A stretch of DNA of 64,000 bases, from positions 10,106,001-10,170,000 of the forward strand of contig OX597839.1 of NCBI GenBank assembly GCA_951406725.2, given 5' to 3'. Shown in pieces: positions 1-13,684 of the stretch. The notes beneath the pieces were generated by a model, which searched no databases, was not told the origin of the DNA, and saw nothing but the letters and a program-made list of their open reading frames with translations. The position numbers and the translations under genes are program-made. The number at the start of each line of letters is the position of its first letter. The stretch's first letter is position 1. Source of the stretch: Octopus vulgaris. Its lineage: Eukaryota.

Positions 1-330
1 GCACTGGCATCGACCACATTCAGATGGTGCTTTTTATGTGCTACTGGCACGGAGCGTACAACTACAATTTCCATTTGATTTGATTTTGATATTGATGTAC
101 TCAACGCAATAGATCTCCTCAAGCACAGCATGTCCAAGGTACTTTTGAGTGAGCTGGTTATGCGACACTGGTGTAGGTTACAACTTTGGACTCACTTTAT
201 TTGCCGGGTCTTCTCAGTCACAGCATTACCTCCAGAGGTCATGGTTTTTGTCATTGCCTCTGTGAGGCCTAACGTTCACCACCTCATCCTATGTCTCGCT
301 GGGTCTCCTTCTACCCTGGATTCCTTTGAC
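1..330 (-). mobile_element. RTE LINE 3' end (ORF tail plus 3' UTR), degenerate
   Basis: 250-325 matches 10512-10600 of the RTE copy; 1-100 matches the family-A repeat. Confidence 0.7.
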
Positions 331-927
331 TCTTTGGGAGTGGCAATGATGTTAAATATTTACCAAAAAATAGAATTGAGAATTTCTGCAAGTCATGTTG
401 CCCCGAAAAGCGCATCTCAGCAGAAAGTAGTTTCAAATATAACATTTCTCTACAAAAGATGAGGTTAGTATACAAAATTGTTTTCTGGAGTTGTATTGAA
501 ATTTAGAGTGAATATATCTGTTTTCCACAGTAAAAAGTGTTAGTTACAAGCCTGCTAGATCCAGGCTATGTCAAGCAGACCTATGGTCAAAAGTATTCTA
601 ATTGTGACCATCTGGCCTTGTCACGCATATGACACCCTTGCCAGTGGCACATAAAAGCACTCATTACACTCTCGGAGTGGTTGCCGTTAGGAAGGGCATC
701 CAGCCTTAGAAGCCATGCCAAATCAGACTGGAATCTGGTGCAGCCTTCCAGCTTGCCAGCCTTGATCAAACCATCCAACCCATGCCAGCATGGACAACAG
801 ACTTCAAATGATGATGATGAAGGACTGTGTTCATTCTTGTATTTAGTTAGCCAAATTCTTCATGTGAATTTGTATGATGAAATCTTATATCTTGGGAGAG
901 TTATGCTAGTAATAATAGATACATGCA

Positions 928-1080
928 CTAGTTCAATATCACTTCTTAATCAACTGGTTAATTATCTAGCCAACTAATCGATCATTTGAGTATTTAACCT
1001 AACACATTAAGCAAACAATCGATTAGTTGCTTAGATAATTAACCAATTAACGAGCAATAAAGAAGTGATATTGAACCAGT
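928..1080. repeat. Imperfect fold-back palindrome
   Basis: gttcaatatcacttctt...ttaattatctagccaactaatcgat pairs with atcgattagttgcttagataattaa...aagaagtgatattgaac. Confidence 0.75.
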
Positions 1081-1362
1081 AAATGTGTTTATTATTATTA
1101 TTATTGGTATAATGATAATAATCTCCAAAGATACAACAAGGACTGTTTAATCTAATATATCCTTTCAGAACACATAAAGTTTCCTGTTTTACTAACAGGT
1201 GTTGCAAGTTATTCTTTGATAGATAAAAGTGAGATACTGTGTGGATTGGTAGCTTTTGAAATAATAGCAGTGGCATGATAATGTTGGTATCAGAAAAAAT
1301 CTGCGTTCTGTTGAAAGTTGTACATGAACTGGTGCTGCCATGGAGGTTTGGTTGGTGTAGAG

Positions 1363-2208
1363 CAGGGTTTCCCAACCTTTTTTCAGCCAGTGTCCCTTTG
1401 GGTGCAAACATATTTGTCAACGCCCCCTTGTCAACTTACATTTCAAATAAGATACTGAATTCACCTTACATAGAATGATAACACTTAGGTATTAGTGCAA
1501 AAGTAATTTTAACCCTTTAGTGTTCGCATTATTCTGCCAAAATTAATGCCTTTTCATCCACATTGTTTTGAATTAATCATTCATTATCTTCTAGTTATGA
1601 GATTTTGATGAGGTAGCTTTTTATTTTTAAAACGATATTGTAGGGTTGGTCTGAGAGACCAGATCAGGCCAGTTTGAACATAGAACAGGTAGAATACTCT
1701 TGGCCGGATATGGCCAGTTTAAATGCTAAAGGGTTAATGTTGTCTTAATTTCTGTTACAAATGCCAATGATAAAAATGCTAAAACAAATCAGCTTTTATT
1801 AGATAGTTTATCTCAATGTTTTCAATGTGATGGTTGACTTTGGTGTTTACTGGCTCAGGCTCAAACTCTAGGTTCCATGCTGCTTAAAAGTAATCGTAGA
1901 TCTCCTTGTTTCGTAATTTGAAGGTGGTTTCTTTGTTTAGTATTCAGCCATATAAGAAGTTGGAAAAGCAATGAAGAAAAGTTTGTTAGCTTCCCACAAC
2001 TTCAGATATCTTTCAGAAATTTCTTTTTGTAACTAGAATTCCTGGTATGATTTTTTGAAGAGGGGCTTTAATTCAAAGTCATTTTTAAAGCGATTAACAT
2101 TTCTTGTATCACCGAGTCAGCTTCATTTGTATAATTGTCAATAAATGGGTTTATAAACCACTCAGGTATTTCCATATTAATGAGGTCCTGATATCTTGTC
2201 GTGAGAAG
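1363..2208 (-). mobile_element. hAT Charlie/Buster (ZBED8/FAM200-like) transposon 3' remnant
   Basis: Minus strand 2208-1822 reads YQDLINMEIPEWFINPF...LWEANKLFFIAFPTSYMAE...GDLRLLLSSMEPRV...HQSQPSH* with stops and frameshifts. TIR cagggtttcccaacc at 1363 follows gtgtagag. Confidence 0.8.
1509..1737 (+). mobile_element. TTAA-flanked (piggyBac-like) MITE family D; other copies at about 2912, 7596, 19086, 25901, 28617, 29091, 46085, 49869 and 51187
   Basis: ttaaccctttag...ctaaagggttaa termini; about 225-bp body repeated about 10 times in the window. Confidence 0.85.
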
Positions 2209-3584
2209 TGGGCTGTTCTACTCCTGATAAATAGTGGACTGACACAGCAAGCAGTGTCAGTCGGCTAAGGTACGCAGTTTGGACCAGTCTTGCAGAGACA
2301 ATGAAGTACGTTGTCATAATGGGACATATCTGGTGATTAGGATTCATAGCTCACGCAGTGAAAAAAGATTTCAAAGAAAAACAAATCGCTGTAAAAAATG
2401 TGTAGATATATGTATATATTCTTGGGTATGCAAAGTTATGTACCACCAAATACACAAGTTTTTATATATTTGTTATTTTGCCGAAGGTGTGTACAAAATG
2501 CACACATCTATGCATGCACATAATACATCAGAATACATATAGCTATAGTTGTATACTACCAAATATTTACAACCATCCATGTATGCATACAAATAGCTTA
2601 CACATAGACTATTGCCTAAGCTTATATATCACCAAATATAGACATGAATATATACTTTTACAGGATATACACATACAACTATACATAAGCTTTTTGCTAT
2701 AGCTTTGTCACCAAATTATTCTTGGATATTAATTGTTATATAACAGATTTGGTTGAAAGGATACTTTTACTTAGGACTTCTTTCATGGGATTCCAGGATT
2801 CTAAATTTCTGGGAAATTTGGTTAAAAATGCCATCAGAAAATTCCTGGAATTGAATACTACTTCCTAGGAATTCCTGTAGAAGAAAAATATTTATAAATT
2901 TCAAGATAGTCTTAATCCTTTATCATTCACCTTATTCTGTCAAAAGTAATGCTTATTGAGTCACATTGTTTTGAATTAATAATTATGCATCATCTTTTAG
3001 CTTTGAGATTTTGAGTTTGATGAGGTAACTGTTTTTAGAATGATAATGTAGGGTTGGTGTAAGATGCCAGGTCTAGTCTGAGCATAAACAGAATATTTAT
3101 CCCAGATATGGCCGGTTTAAATGCCAAAGGGTCAAAGTGCTTGGGTGGTTCAACAAATGGTCTTTTATGTTTTCTAAAGATTATTCAGACATTTTCTCAG
3201 AAACTAATACAATTGAAATAGACAAGCCATCTTGGAAACAAATCAACCAACAGAAAATAACTTCCAATAGAAGAAACAGTATTGAAATTAGTTTCTTTTG
3301 ATGGGTTTTCCATGGATGTTATAGTTAATTACTTTTATTGGAAAGCTAGTGGTTTTACCAAAGAAGGATTCTCATTTAATGAAGATGATTCACTGACTAT
3401 ATGATTTAAAAGGAAAGAAGTAATTAGTGAAATAGAATATTGGAATTGAAGGAAACTTCATATATAAAAGTTAAAAATAATAAAATGTAGAAAATTCTTG
3501 CTTGCCCTTGCTTTATTAATCATACATATTTATAGGGCTGGGGGTTAGTTGTGTATTTTATTGGGTTACTAGAGGTGGTAGGTA

Positions 3585-3704
3585 AAACTGTACTGACTCT
3601 GACTAAATAAAAACTGTAATATGTTGCTAAAATTTCCAATTACTCTTAATTGGAAATTTTAGCAACATATTACAGTTTTTATTTAGTCAGAGTCAGTACA
3701 GTTT
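3585..3704. repeat. Perfect hairpin, 58-bp arms with a 4-nt loop
   Basis: 3585-3642 is the exact reverse complement of 3647-3704; loop ctct. Confidence 0.95.
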
Positions 3705-4677
3705 CTCTGAAGGAGGATTTGATACAAGCAAGTTTGCTTCTAAGAACATGTTAATTTTGGATTCTCTAGATATGGTTCTTGAAAATATTTTGTAGGATAA
3801 GCTTTTCAGTATTTTACAATATAAGCTTCATTTCATTTAATGTAAATTTTATACTCAAATAATGATTTAATCTCAAGAAAGGAAGGGTTATGAATCGAAC
3901 TGCACTGTGAGGTTTCAATCAATATAAGAAATACAATTAGAGGAATCGGTAGTGCCATAAATTAAAAATTTAGAGTTGAAGGTTTTGTGTACCATCTCTT
4001 TATAACAAAACTATAAAAGATTTTTTTTAAAAATACTCCAGCATCAATATGTATTTTCTTTTGCCTTAATTCTATGATACAAACTTCCTGTTTTAAAAGT
4101 GGTCTAAACGAGTCTTCCATCAAAATTTTAATCTTTTACTTGTTTCAATCTTTAGGCTGTGGCCATGCTCAGGTACTGCCTTGAGGTTTTTTGGTTGAGC
4201 TAATTGACTTGAGTAATTATTTTCTTTTTAACCTTGGTACTTACTCTGTCGGTCTCCTTTGTAAAATCTCTAAGTTATGGGGGTGTAAACACACCAACAC
4301 CTGTTAAGTAGTGGTGGTAGGGGGAGGGGGACAACCATGCATACACACAAATATACATACATATACAATAGACTTCTTTCAGTTTCCATCTACCGAATCC
4401 ACCCACAAGCCTTTGCCCGAGGTGCCATGTAGTGACACTGAACCCGAGACCATATGGTTGGGAAGCAAACTTCTTACTACACAGCTATGTCTGCTCCTCC
4501 ATAAAATATATTTTATGTTTGTTTGTTCTAAACACCAGGTTAATGATGACAGTTATTTTCAAAATTAAAACAAAGGCAATAGTTTTCAAAAGTAATATAG
4601 CAGCAAAAAGGTTAAATTATATTTTTAAAAATTTATTGCCTCACAAGTGTCTGCAGCATACAGTTATTAGTATAGAG

Positions 4678-4884
4678 CAGTGCTTTTCAAACTTTTTGCT
4701 GGAGCGGAACCCCAAGGAAACATTCCACTGGCTCGAGGAACCCCTGTGCAATAATTTGTCTTATATCTGCACAGGAGAATTAAAAATTACTGCCGATTTT
4801 AGCTGTTTTGTAACTTCTTGCGGAACCCCTGGACTGTACTGTCGGAACCCTATGGTTCCGCGGAACCCTGGTTGAAAACCACTG
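4678..4884. mobile_element. hAT-Charlie MITE
   Basis: TIR cagtgcttttcaa/ttgaaaaccactg; 8-bp TSD gtatagag/gtataggg. Confidence 0.85.
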
Positions 4885-5706
4885 GTATAGGGATTAATTT
4901 GTGCATTACTTTCTCTCACTCATTCTTCCTCTATATATTTTGATATTTTTTTCTTAGTAAATTTCTCCTCTCTTCTGTCTTTCCACTTTTCCTTTTTTAC
5001 GTCTCTTTGTTTCCTTTTCTCAACTTGCTTTCTGTCTGTCTCCCCCACTTTTAATGCATATCTTGTTTTACTCATTTATTTACATGTAAATACTGTCAAC
5101 TGTCGTATATTTATTGAAATGTTAGAATTTTAGTATTTGTCAGTCTTATTTTGATCAAATTAAAAATTAGGTCAAAATAAGGCCTACAAAACAGTTTATA
5201 ATTTAAAATGAAAATTTTAAAGCAATAATGTTGAAACATTGTAGGCCTCTGGATTACAAGTTCTGTGAGGCACCCTGTAATATTTTTATTATTATTTCAT
5301 CTAATCTCTGATGCCCTCCAACTGGTGGGGACTCCTTGATTGCAGCCTCTAAAGTCCATGCCTTAATTGTTCTTTCTCTCTGTTCTTTTCATTCTTTTCT
5401 TTTTCTTTCTTTATACCACCCACAAAGGCCCTGAGAACGGGCATGAATGCTGCACTTCCTCATCTGGTTAAATCAGTTTAAAAAAATGTTACCCCAGATG
5501 AAGGCAGTGTTTTCATTATATCACAATATCAACATGTGCCTCCTTCTCCACACTACTGGTGCTTCTTGTTTCTTGCACAAAACAAATGTTTAAACATACA
5601 TATATTTCATTGCATATAAATGTATTTTATATAGCGTGTATATTTATGTGTGTGTATTTTGATTTTCAAAAAATTTATTTTTCAGCCCCGAATCAAACAC
5701 TTCAAG

Positions 5707-6039
5707 ATGATGATGCCTGTGTCATTGCCCCCTATGACAGGGCCGCCTCCACAACTCCCCAATATGAACCACCCTCCACCCAACATGCCTCCTCGATTCA
5801 ATATGCCACCTCCCATGGCCATGTCTCAAGGACCTGGCATCATGCTTCCTCAAGGTTCCCAGCAACAACAACAACAGCAGCAGCAGCAGCAACAACAACA
5901 ACAGCAATTACAACAGCGTAGCTACATGCAACAGAAAATGATGGCCAGCCAAGGGATTATGTTTGATGGCAAACGGATGAGGAAAGCTGTCCACAGAAAA
6001 ACTGTGGATTATAATTCAGCTGTTGTGAAGTATCTTGAG
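5707..6039 (+). CDS. WDR33: WDR33 coding exon 1 (Pro/Met/polyQ N-terminus plus RNA-binding FDGKRMRK motif)
   Basis: Acceptor ttttcag ends at 5685, so a non-coding exon lies upstream. ATG at 5707; ends ...VVKYLE|gtattc, phase 0. Confidence 0.93.
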
Positions 6040-8030
6040 GTATTCTTTAATTTCTTTATACTTTGATTATATTGTATTAGGTGCAGGTGTGGCTGTGTGA
6101 TAAGAAGTTTGCTTCCCAACCACATGGTTACAGATTCAGTCCTACAGCATGGCACCTTGGGCAAGTGGGATCTTTTCGGTTTGAACGGCAGTTTTTTCTA
6201 GCAGTGTCATATGAAATTGTCACCCATAATTATGACCATAGTATCGATCTATTGCATTTCAATCTGTTTTAGGGTTAGGGGTGGGGTAAGGGTATCTTTT
6301 TTCTTCACAAATGTAAATAAACCCAATCTGTTTCTTAAACAAGGGACATATTCATACGGCACAGAATGTTTTTTACCTCAATGGACGTCAGTGATTGGTT
6401 GAAATTGCAGAAACTGAAGGAAAAAAAACAACAAATATCTTTTCAAACTATAGAATTTTCTCAATAAAGCTAAGAGAAAAAGATGTTTTATAAACACATT
6501 CTACCAGTATACGAAGTTTAAAATTTTTTAGTTACCTAGAAATTATGTTAAAAACTGCCGTTCAAACCGAAAAGATCTGGCAAGTGTCTTCTACAGCCTT
6601 GGGCCAACCAAAGCCTTGTGAATAGATTTTCCTCTCATCCTCTAATCTTTCTTTACCTATTTAACTGCTGTCAGCTACTTTTTAAATTTAGTCTCTGATC
6701 TTTAGACTATTTCATCGGATTTCTACCACCAATAAAGTAATAATACTGTACGCATATAAATTACTAACAGCGCTGAGCTGGCAGAAACGTTAGCACGCCG
6801 GGCGAAATGTGTAGCTGTATTTTGTCTCGCTACGTTCTGAGTTCAAATTCTGCCGAGGTCGACTTGGCCTTTCGTCCTTTCGGGGTCGATAAATTTAGTA
6901 CCAGTTATGCACTGGGGTCGATGTAATGAACTTAATCCGTTTGTCAGTCCTTGTTTGTCCCCTCTGTGTTTAGCCCCTTGTGGGTAGTAAAGAAATATAA
7001 ATAAATTACTACCTAAACACTCTGTTTTTAAAATCAGGCTTCCCTACTGTTGTTTCGTTATAAAACTCTAGAAGTGAATCTGATAGAAGCCTGTCTCATA
7101 TGTGTCTACCTGTGCGATAACTGTAAACAGGTTTATTATCATAGATACAGGTGGTGTCATTCATTTTCAGCCTTCTCTGAAAAACCTGTTTAGATGTTAA
7201 TATTACCTTGCTTTGAAACAGGTGAAAGTTGGCATCAGGAAGGACATTTGGCTGTAGAAAATCTGTCCCACTGAACTCTGACTCATGCAAGCATTGGGAA
7301 GTTTATGTTAAAATGCTGGTGATTGTGTGTGTGTGTGTGTGTTTGTATTAATAAGGTTTGATGAGAATCACTTGTATAGTATTTATCTTCACTAACTGTT
7401 GATTTTTGTTTGCAGAATCGACTCTATCAAAGGGACCACCGTGACTTCCGAGCCATTCAACCAGACTGCCTTTACCAAGAAGGGGTGAGAATCCAATTTG
7501 CATAAATAGAATTGTTTTTTTTTTTTATATCCACTTAAAACACATGCTGGAACTTCTTAATCTGTGATAAACTGATCTCTTAGAGAGTAAATCTGTTTAA
7601 TCCTCTAGCATTCAAATCAGCCATATTCAAACCAGCCAAATCTGGTATCTCACACCTATCTTACAATACCATTGTAAAAATAAAGCAATCACATCATTGA
7701 AATCTCAAAGCTATGAGACAATGCATGATTGATTCAAAACAAAATATAAGCAATATCCATATACTCTTATACATACCCATGTATACATACATATGCAGAG
7801 TATATATACTTTTACAAGTGTATAAATACATAAATAAACACAATTAAACAATAGGTCCAAGTAAATAGACCATTCGTTGTATACATATATACTGGAACAT
7901 ATACATACGTCTATGCTCATGATACTCATATTGATATTGGTGTATATGTATATGTATGTATGTATATATATATGTATGCATATATGTATGTGTATATGTA
8001 CATCTATATATATATGTGTTTATCTGTATT

Positions 8031-8089
<59 letters not shown>

Positions 8090-11000
8090 AACGAAGACGA
8101 GAGAGATATGCAGTGATATACATATGGAAAATCCTGGAGGGACTAGCACCAAATTTTGGAATTGAGAGCTGTTCCAATCCCCGTACAGGACGTCACTGTG
8201 TGGTGCCAAAGGTCCCGTCTTCCACATCCAGGGTAAGGAGCAGATACTGTAATAGCCTGGGGTTCAGGGGCCCTCAGCTTTTCAACAAACTGCCAAGAAA
8301 ACTAAGAGATCTACATGATGCGGATGTGGACATTTTCAAAAAACATCTAGACAAGCTGCTTTCCAGGATCCCAGATGAACCCACTGCAAGGTACGAAGGT
8401 AACCTAAGGGCAGCAGCTACAAACTCTCTCTTAGATCAGTGGCCAGCCACGGCAAACTGGACTTAGAGAGGGTAGCAACAAGGGCGGTGCCCCAGCATGG
8501 CCTCAGCCGGATGGCTGAAACAAGTAAAAGAGTAAAAGAGTATATACACACACATAGATGTATGTAAATCTGTATATATAGATGTATGTATATATGTATA
8601 TATAGATGTATGAGTATATGTATATATAGATGTATGTATATGTGTATATATAGATGTATGTATGTATATCTGTATATGTAGCTGTGTGTGTGTGTATGTA
8701 GGTATGTAAATCTGTATATATAAATGTATGTATGTATATATGTATATATAGATGTATGTATATATGTATATATAGATGTATGAATATATGTATATATAGA
8801 TGTATGAATATATGTATATATATGTAAATCTGTATATATAGATGTATGATGTATATGTGTATATATAGATGTATGTATGTATATCTGTATATATAGCTGT
8901 GTGTATGTATGTATGAATGTATGTAAATCTGTATATATAGATGTGTGTGTGTGTATGGATGTAAATCTGTATATATAGATGTGTGTATGTATGTATGTAA
9001 ATCTGTATATATAGATGTGTGTATGTTTGTATGTATGTACTTATATATATATATATATATTATATGTATTCATGTATGTATGTATGTGTATCTGTATACA
9101 TTTAGATGTATGTATGTATATATATATATTATGTATGTATTCATCATAGTCCTCCAGCAATGAGTACAGTGAAGAATTCCAGGTAGAAGTTGGCGTCCAC
9201 CTACGCTCAGCCCTTCTATTCATCATAGTCCTCCAGCCAATAACAGAGGAATTCAAGACAGGTTACCCTGGGAGCTCCTCTATGCTGATGACCAAGCCCT
9301 CGTGGCAGAATCACTACCGGAACTAGAGAAGAAATTTCGTGTGTGGAAGCTAGGTTTAGAATCAAAAGGCCTTAGAGTCAATGTAGCAAAGACCAAACTT
9401 CTAGTAAGTAGGAAGGCAAACTCACCACACACCCCTTCAGGCAGGTGGCCCTGCTCGATCTGTAGAAAAGGTGTAGATAGAATCTCCATAAGTTGTACCC
9501 AGTGTAAGCTATGGACATATAAGAGGTGCAGCAATATCAAAGGAAAATTAACCGAGAAGATAGCTTTTGTGTGCAGCAGATGCACAGGAGCAATAGACAC
9601 CATTGATACTCAGAAAACAGATTCCATTACACTCCTGGGGGAGAAATTAGAACTAGTTGATAATTTCTGCTACCTAGGTGACCAAGTTAGTAGCGGGTGT
9701 GGATGCTCAGAGAGTGTTACCACTAGAATAAGAATAGCCTGGGCAAAGTTTAGGAATCTTCTTCCCCTACTGGCGACAAAGGGTCTCTCGCTCAGAGTGA
9801 AAGATAGATTGTACGATGCATGTGTGCGATCTTCCATGTTTCACGGAAGTGAAACATGGGCTGACTGTGGAGGACATGAATAGGCTCGAAAGAAATGAAG
9901 CTAGCACGATCCACTGGATGTGTAATGTCAGTGTTCATGCATGACAGTGTAAGTGCCCTGTGAGAAATGTTGGGCATAAGAAGCATCGGATGCAGCGTGC
10001 AGGAGAGACGTTTGCGTTGGTATGGTCATGTTCTATGGATGGATGAGGAGACATGTATGAAGAAGTGCCACTCCCAAACTGTTTAAGACATGGAACGAAG
10101 TGGTCAAACACGACCTTCGTACGTTGAGCCTCACAGAGGCTATGACAAAAGACCAAGACCTCTGGAGATATGCCGTGAAGTGAGTTCATGGCTTGCAGGA
10201 TGGCCTGCTGCTCTTGAGGAGACCTGTTGTGTCAAGTTCATCAACATCAAAATAAAGATCATATGGATATTGTAGTTGTGATACCCATGCTGGTGGCATG
10301 TAGGGCCTCACAGAGGAAATGACGAAGACTGGGAAGACTCGGCAAATGAAGTGAGATATATAGATATATATACAGATCTACAGAGGAGGGTTTAGTGTCC
10401 AATGAAGGAAAGGCACGCATAAGTGGACTAGTTACACCCCTGGCATAGTCCACAAGGTTATGGTCTCACTTGCCCATGCCAAATCTTCTCAAGCACAGCA
10501 TATTTCCAGAGAGTCATTGCCTCGGTGAGGCCCAATGTTCAAAGGTCATGCTTCACCACCTCGTCTCAGGTCTTCCTGGGTCTATCTCTTCCACAGGTTC
10601 CCTCAAGTACTAGGGTGTGGCACTTTTTCACACAGCTATCCACATCCATTCTTGCCACATGACCATACCAGCGCAGTAGTCTTTCTTGCACACCACATCT
10701 GATGCTTCATAGGTCCAACCTTTCAAGGCGCTAACACTTTGTCGAGTATGCACACTGACATTACACATCCATTGGAGCATGCTGGCTTCATTCCTTGCGA
10801 GCTTACGCATGTCCTCAGCAGTCACAGCCCATGTAGCATGACTCTTTGTACACATGCGTCGTACAGTCTACCTTTTACTCTGAGCGAGTGGCCCTTTGTC
10901 ACCAGCAGAAGTAGGATCTCTCTGAACATAGCCCAAGGTATTCTTATTCTAGTAGCTACACTTCAGTGCACCCTTCGCCACTACTGACTTGGTCACCTAG

Positions 11001-11695
11001 GTAACGGAAGCTATCAACTACTTCTAGTTTTTCTCCCTGGAATGTGAAAGTTGTTTTCTGCACATTTTCAGTGTTATTTATTGCTCCTGAACAACTGCAA
11101 CATACAAAAACTATCCTCCCAGTTAGCCTTCTTTTCATATTGTTGCACCTCTTATGTGTCCATAGCTTACACTGGGTACATTATATAGAGTTTCTACCTA
11201 GACCTTTTCTACACTTCAAGCAGGGCCATCTACCTGAATGGATTTATGGTTTGCTTGCTTCCTACTTATTAGGACTTAGGTTTTAGCTAGGTTGACTCTA
11301 AGGCCCTTCGATTCTAATCCTTGTTTCCATACTTGAAACTTCTCTAGTTCTGATAGTGACTCAGTAATTAGAGCAAGGTCATCAGTATAGAGGAGTTTGC
11401 AGGGGCAACCTGTCTTCAATTCCTCCGTTATGTTCATATATATGTATATATATATATATATATATATACATATATATGTATGTATGAATATTTATATATA
11501 TATATGTATGAATATTATATATATGTATGAATATATATATATATATGTATATATATGTATGAATATATATATATGTATATATATGAATATATATATATAT
11601 GTATATATATGTATGAATATATATATGTATGAATATATGTATATATATATGTATGAATATATATATATATATATGAATATATGTATATATATATG

Positions 11696-11736
<41 letters not shown>

Positions 11737-11955
11737 AATATATATATGTATATATATGTATGAATATATATATGTATATATATGTATATATATATATGTA
11801 TATATATGTATGAATATATATATGTATATATATGTATGAATATATATATGTATATATATGTATGAATATATATATGTATATATATGTATGAATATATATA
11901 TATATATGTATGAATATATATATATATATGTATGAATATATATATATATGTATGA

Positions 11956-12000
<45 letters not shown>

Positions 12001-12011
12001 AATATATATAT

Positions 12012-12042
<31 letters not shown>

Positions 12043-12112
12043 AATATATATGTGTATGTATATATATGTATATATATGTATGAATATATATATATGTATA
12101 TATATATATGTA

Positions 12113-12158
<46 letters not shown>

Positions 12159-12434
12159 AATATATATATGTATGTATATATATGTATGAATATATATACA
12201 TGTATGAATATATATGTATGAATATATATATGTATGTATATATATGTATGAATATATATACATGTATGAATATATGTATGTATGAATATATATATGTATG
12301 TATGAATATATATACATGTATGAATATATATATGTATATATATATGGATGTATTTGTATGTATGTATATGTATGTGTATATATATGTATATGTGTGTGTA
12401 TATATATATATGTATGTGTATGTGTATACATATA

Positions 12435-12465
<31 letters not shown>

Positions 12466-12470
12466 GTATA

Positions 12471-12512
<42 letters not shown>

Positions 12513-12658
12513 AAGTATATATAACCGCAGATCCACCAAAGCCTTATGGGTGGATTTGGTAAATGTCTACTGGAAGAAGCCAGTTGTGAATATATATCTA
12601 TATATATAAAACCGAGAATATCTGTCTCAGTATATATATAGTGGTTTTTCTCTTATAT

Positions 12659-12709
<51 letters not shown>

Positions 12710-12809
12710 GAAATTTGATTTAATACTAAATTTGGAGTTGTACTCCCTATTATTATTATTATTGATATTATTATTATTATTATTATATATGTATGTATGT
12801 GTGTATATG

Positions 12810-12867
<58 letters not shown>

Positions 12868-12925
12868 TGTGTGTATATGTATATATATGTGTGTGTGTGT
12901 ATATGTATATATATGTAAGTATGTT

Positions 12926-12968
<43 letters not shown>

Positions 12969-13653
12969 TTGTGTGTGTATATGTATATATATATTTGTAT
13001 GTGTGTATGTGTATGTATGTGTGTGTATATATGTATATATATATGTATGTATGTATGTGTATATGTATGTGTGTATGTATGTGTATATGTATGTATGTGT
13101 GTATGTATGTGTATATGTATGTATGTGTGTATATATGTATATATATGTATGTATGTGTGTATATATGTACATATATGTATGTATTTGTGTGTATATATGT
13201 ATATATATTTATGTATGTACGTGTATGTAAATATATATGTATTTAAGTGTACGTATATATATGTATGTATATGTATGTATGTATGTTTGTATATGTATAT
13301 ATATATATATGTGTGTGTATATGTATGTATATATGTATGTGTTTATATGTATGTATGTGTGTATGTATATGTATGTGTGTGTATATTTGTATGTATGTAT
13401 GTGTGTGTGTGTATATTTATATGTATGTGTGTGTATATATGTATGTATGTGTGTGTATATATGTATGTATGTGTGTATATATATGTATGTGTGTGTATAT
13501 ATGTATGTGTATATATATATGTGTGTGTATATATATATATATGTATGTATGTGTGTACATATGTATATGTGTGTGTATATATATATATATGTATGTATGT
13601 GTGTACATATGTGTATGTATGTATGTATATATATATATATGTATGTGTATATG

Positions 13654-13684
<31 letters not shown>

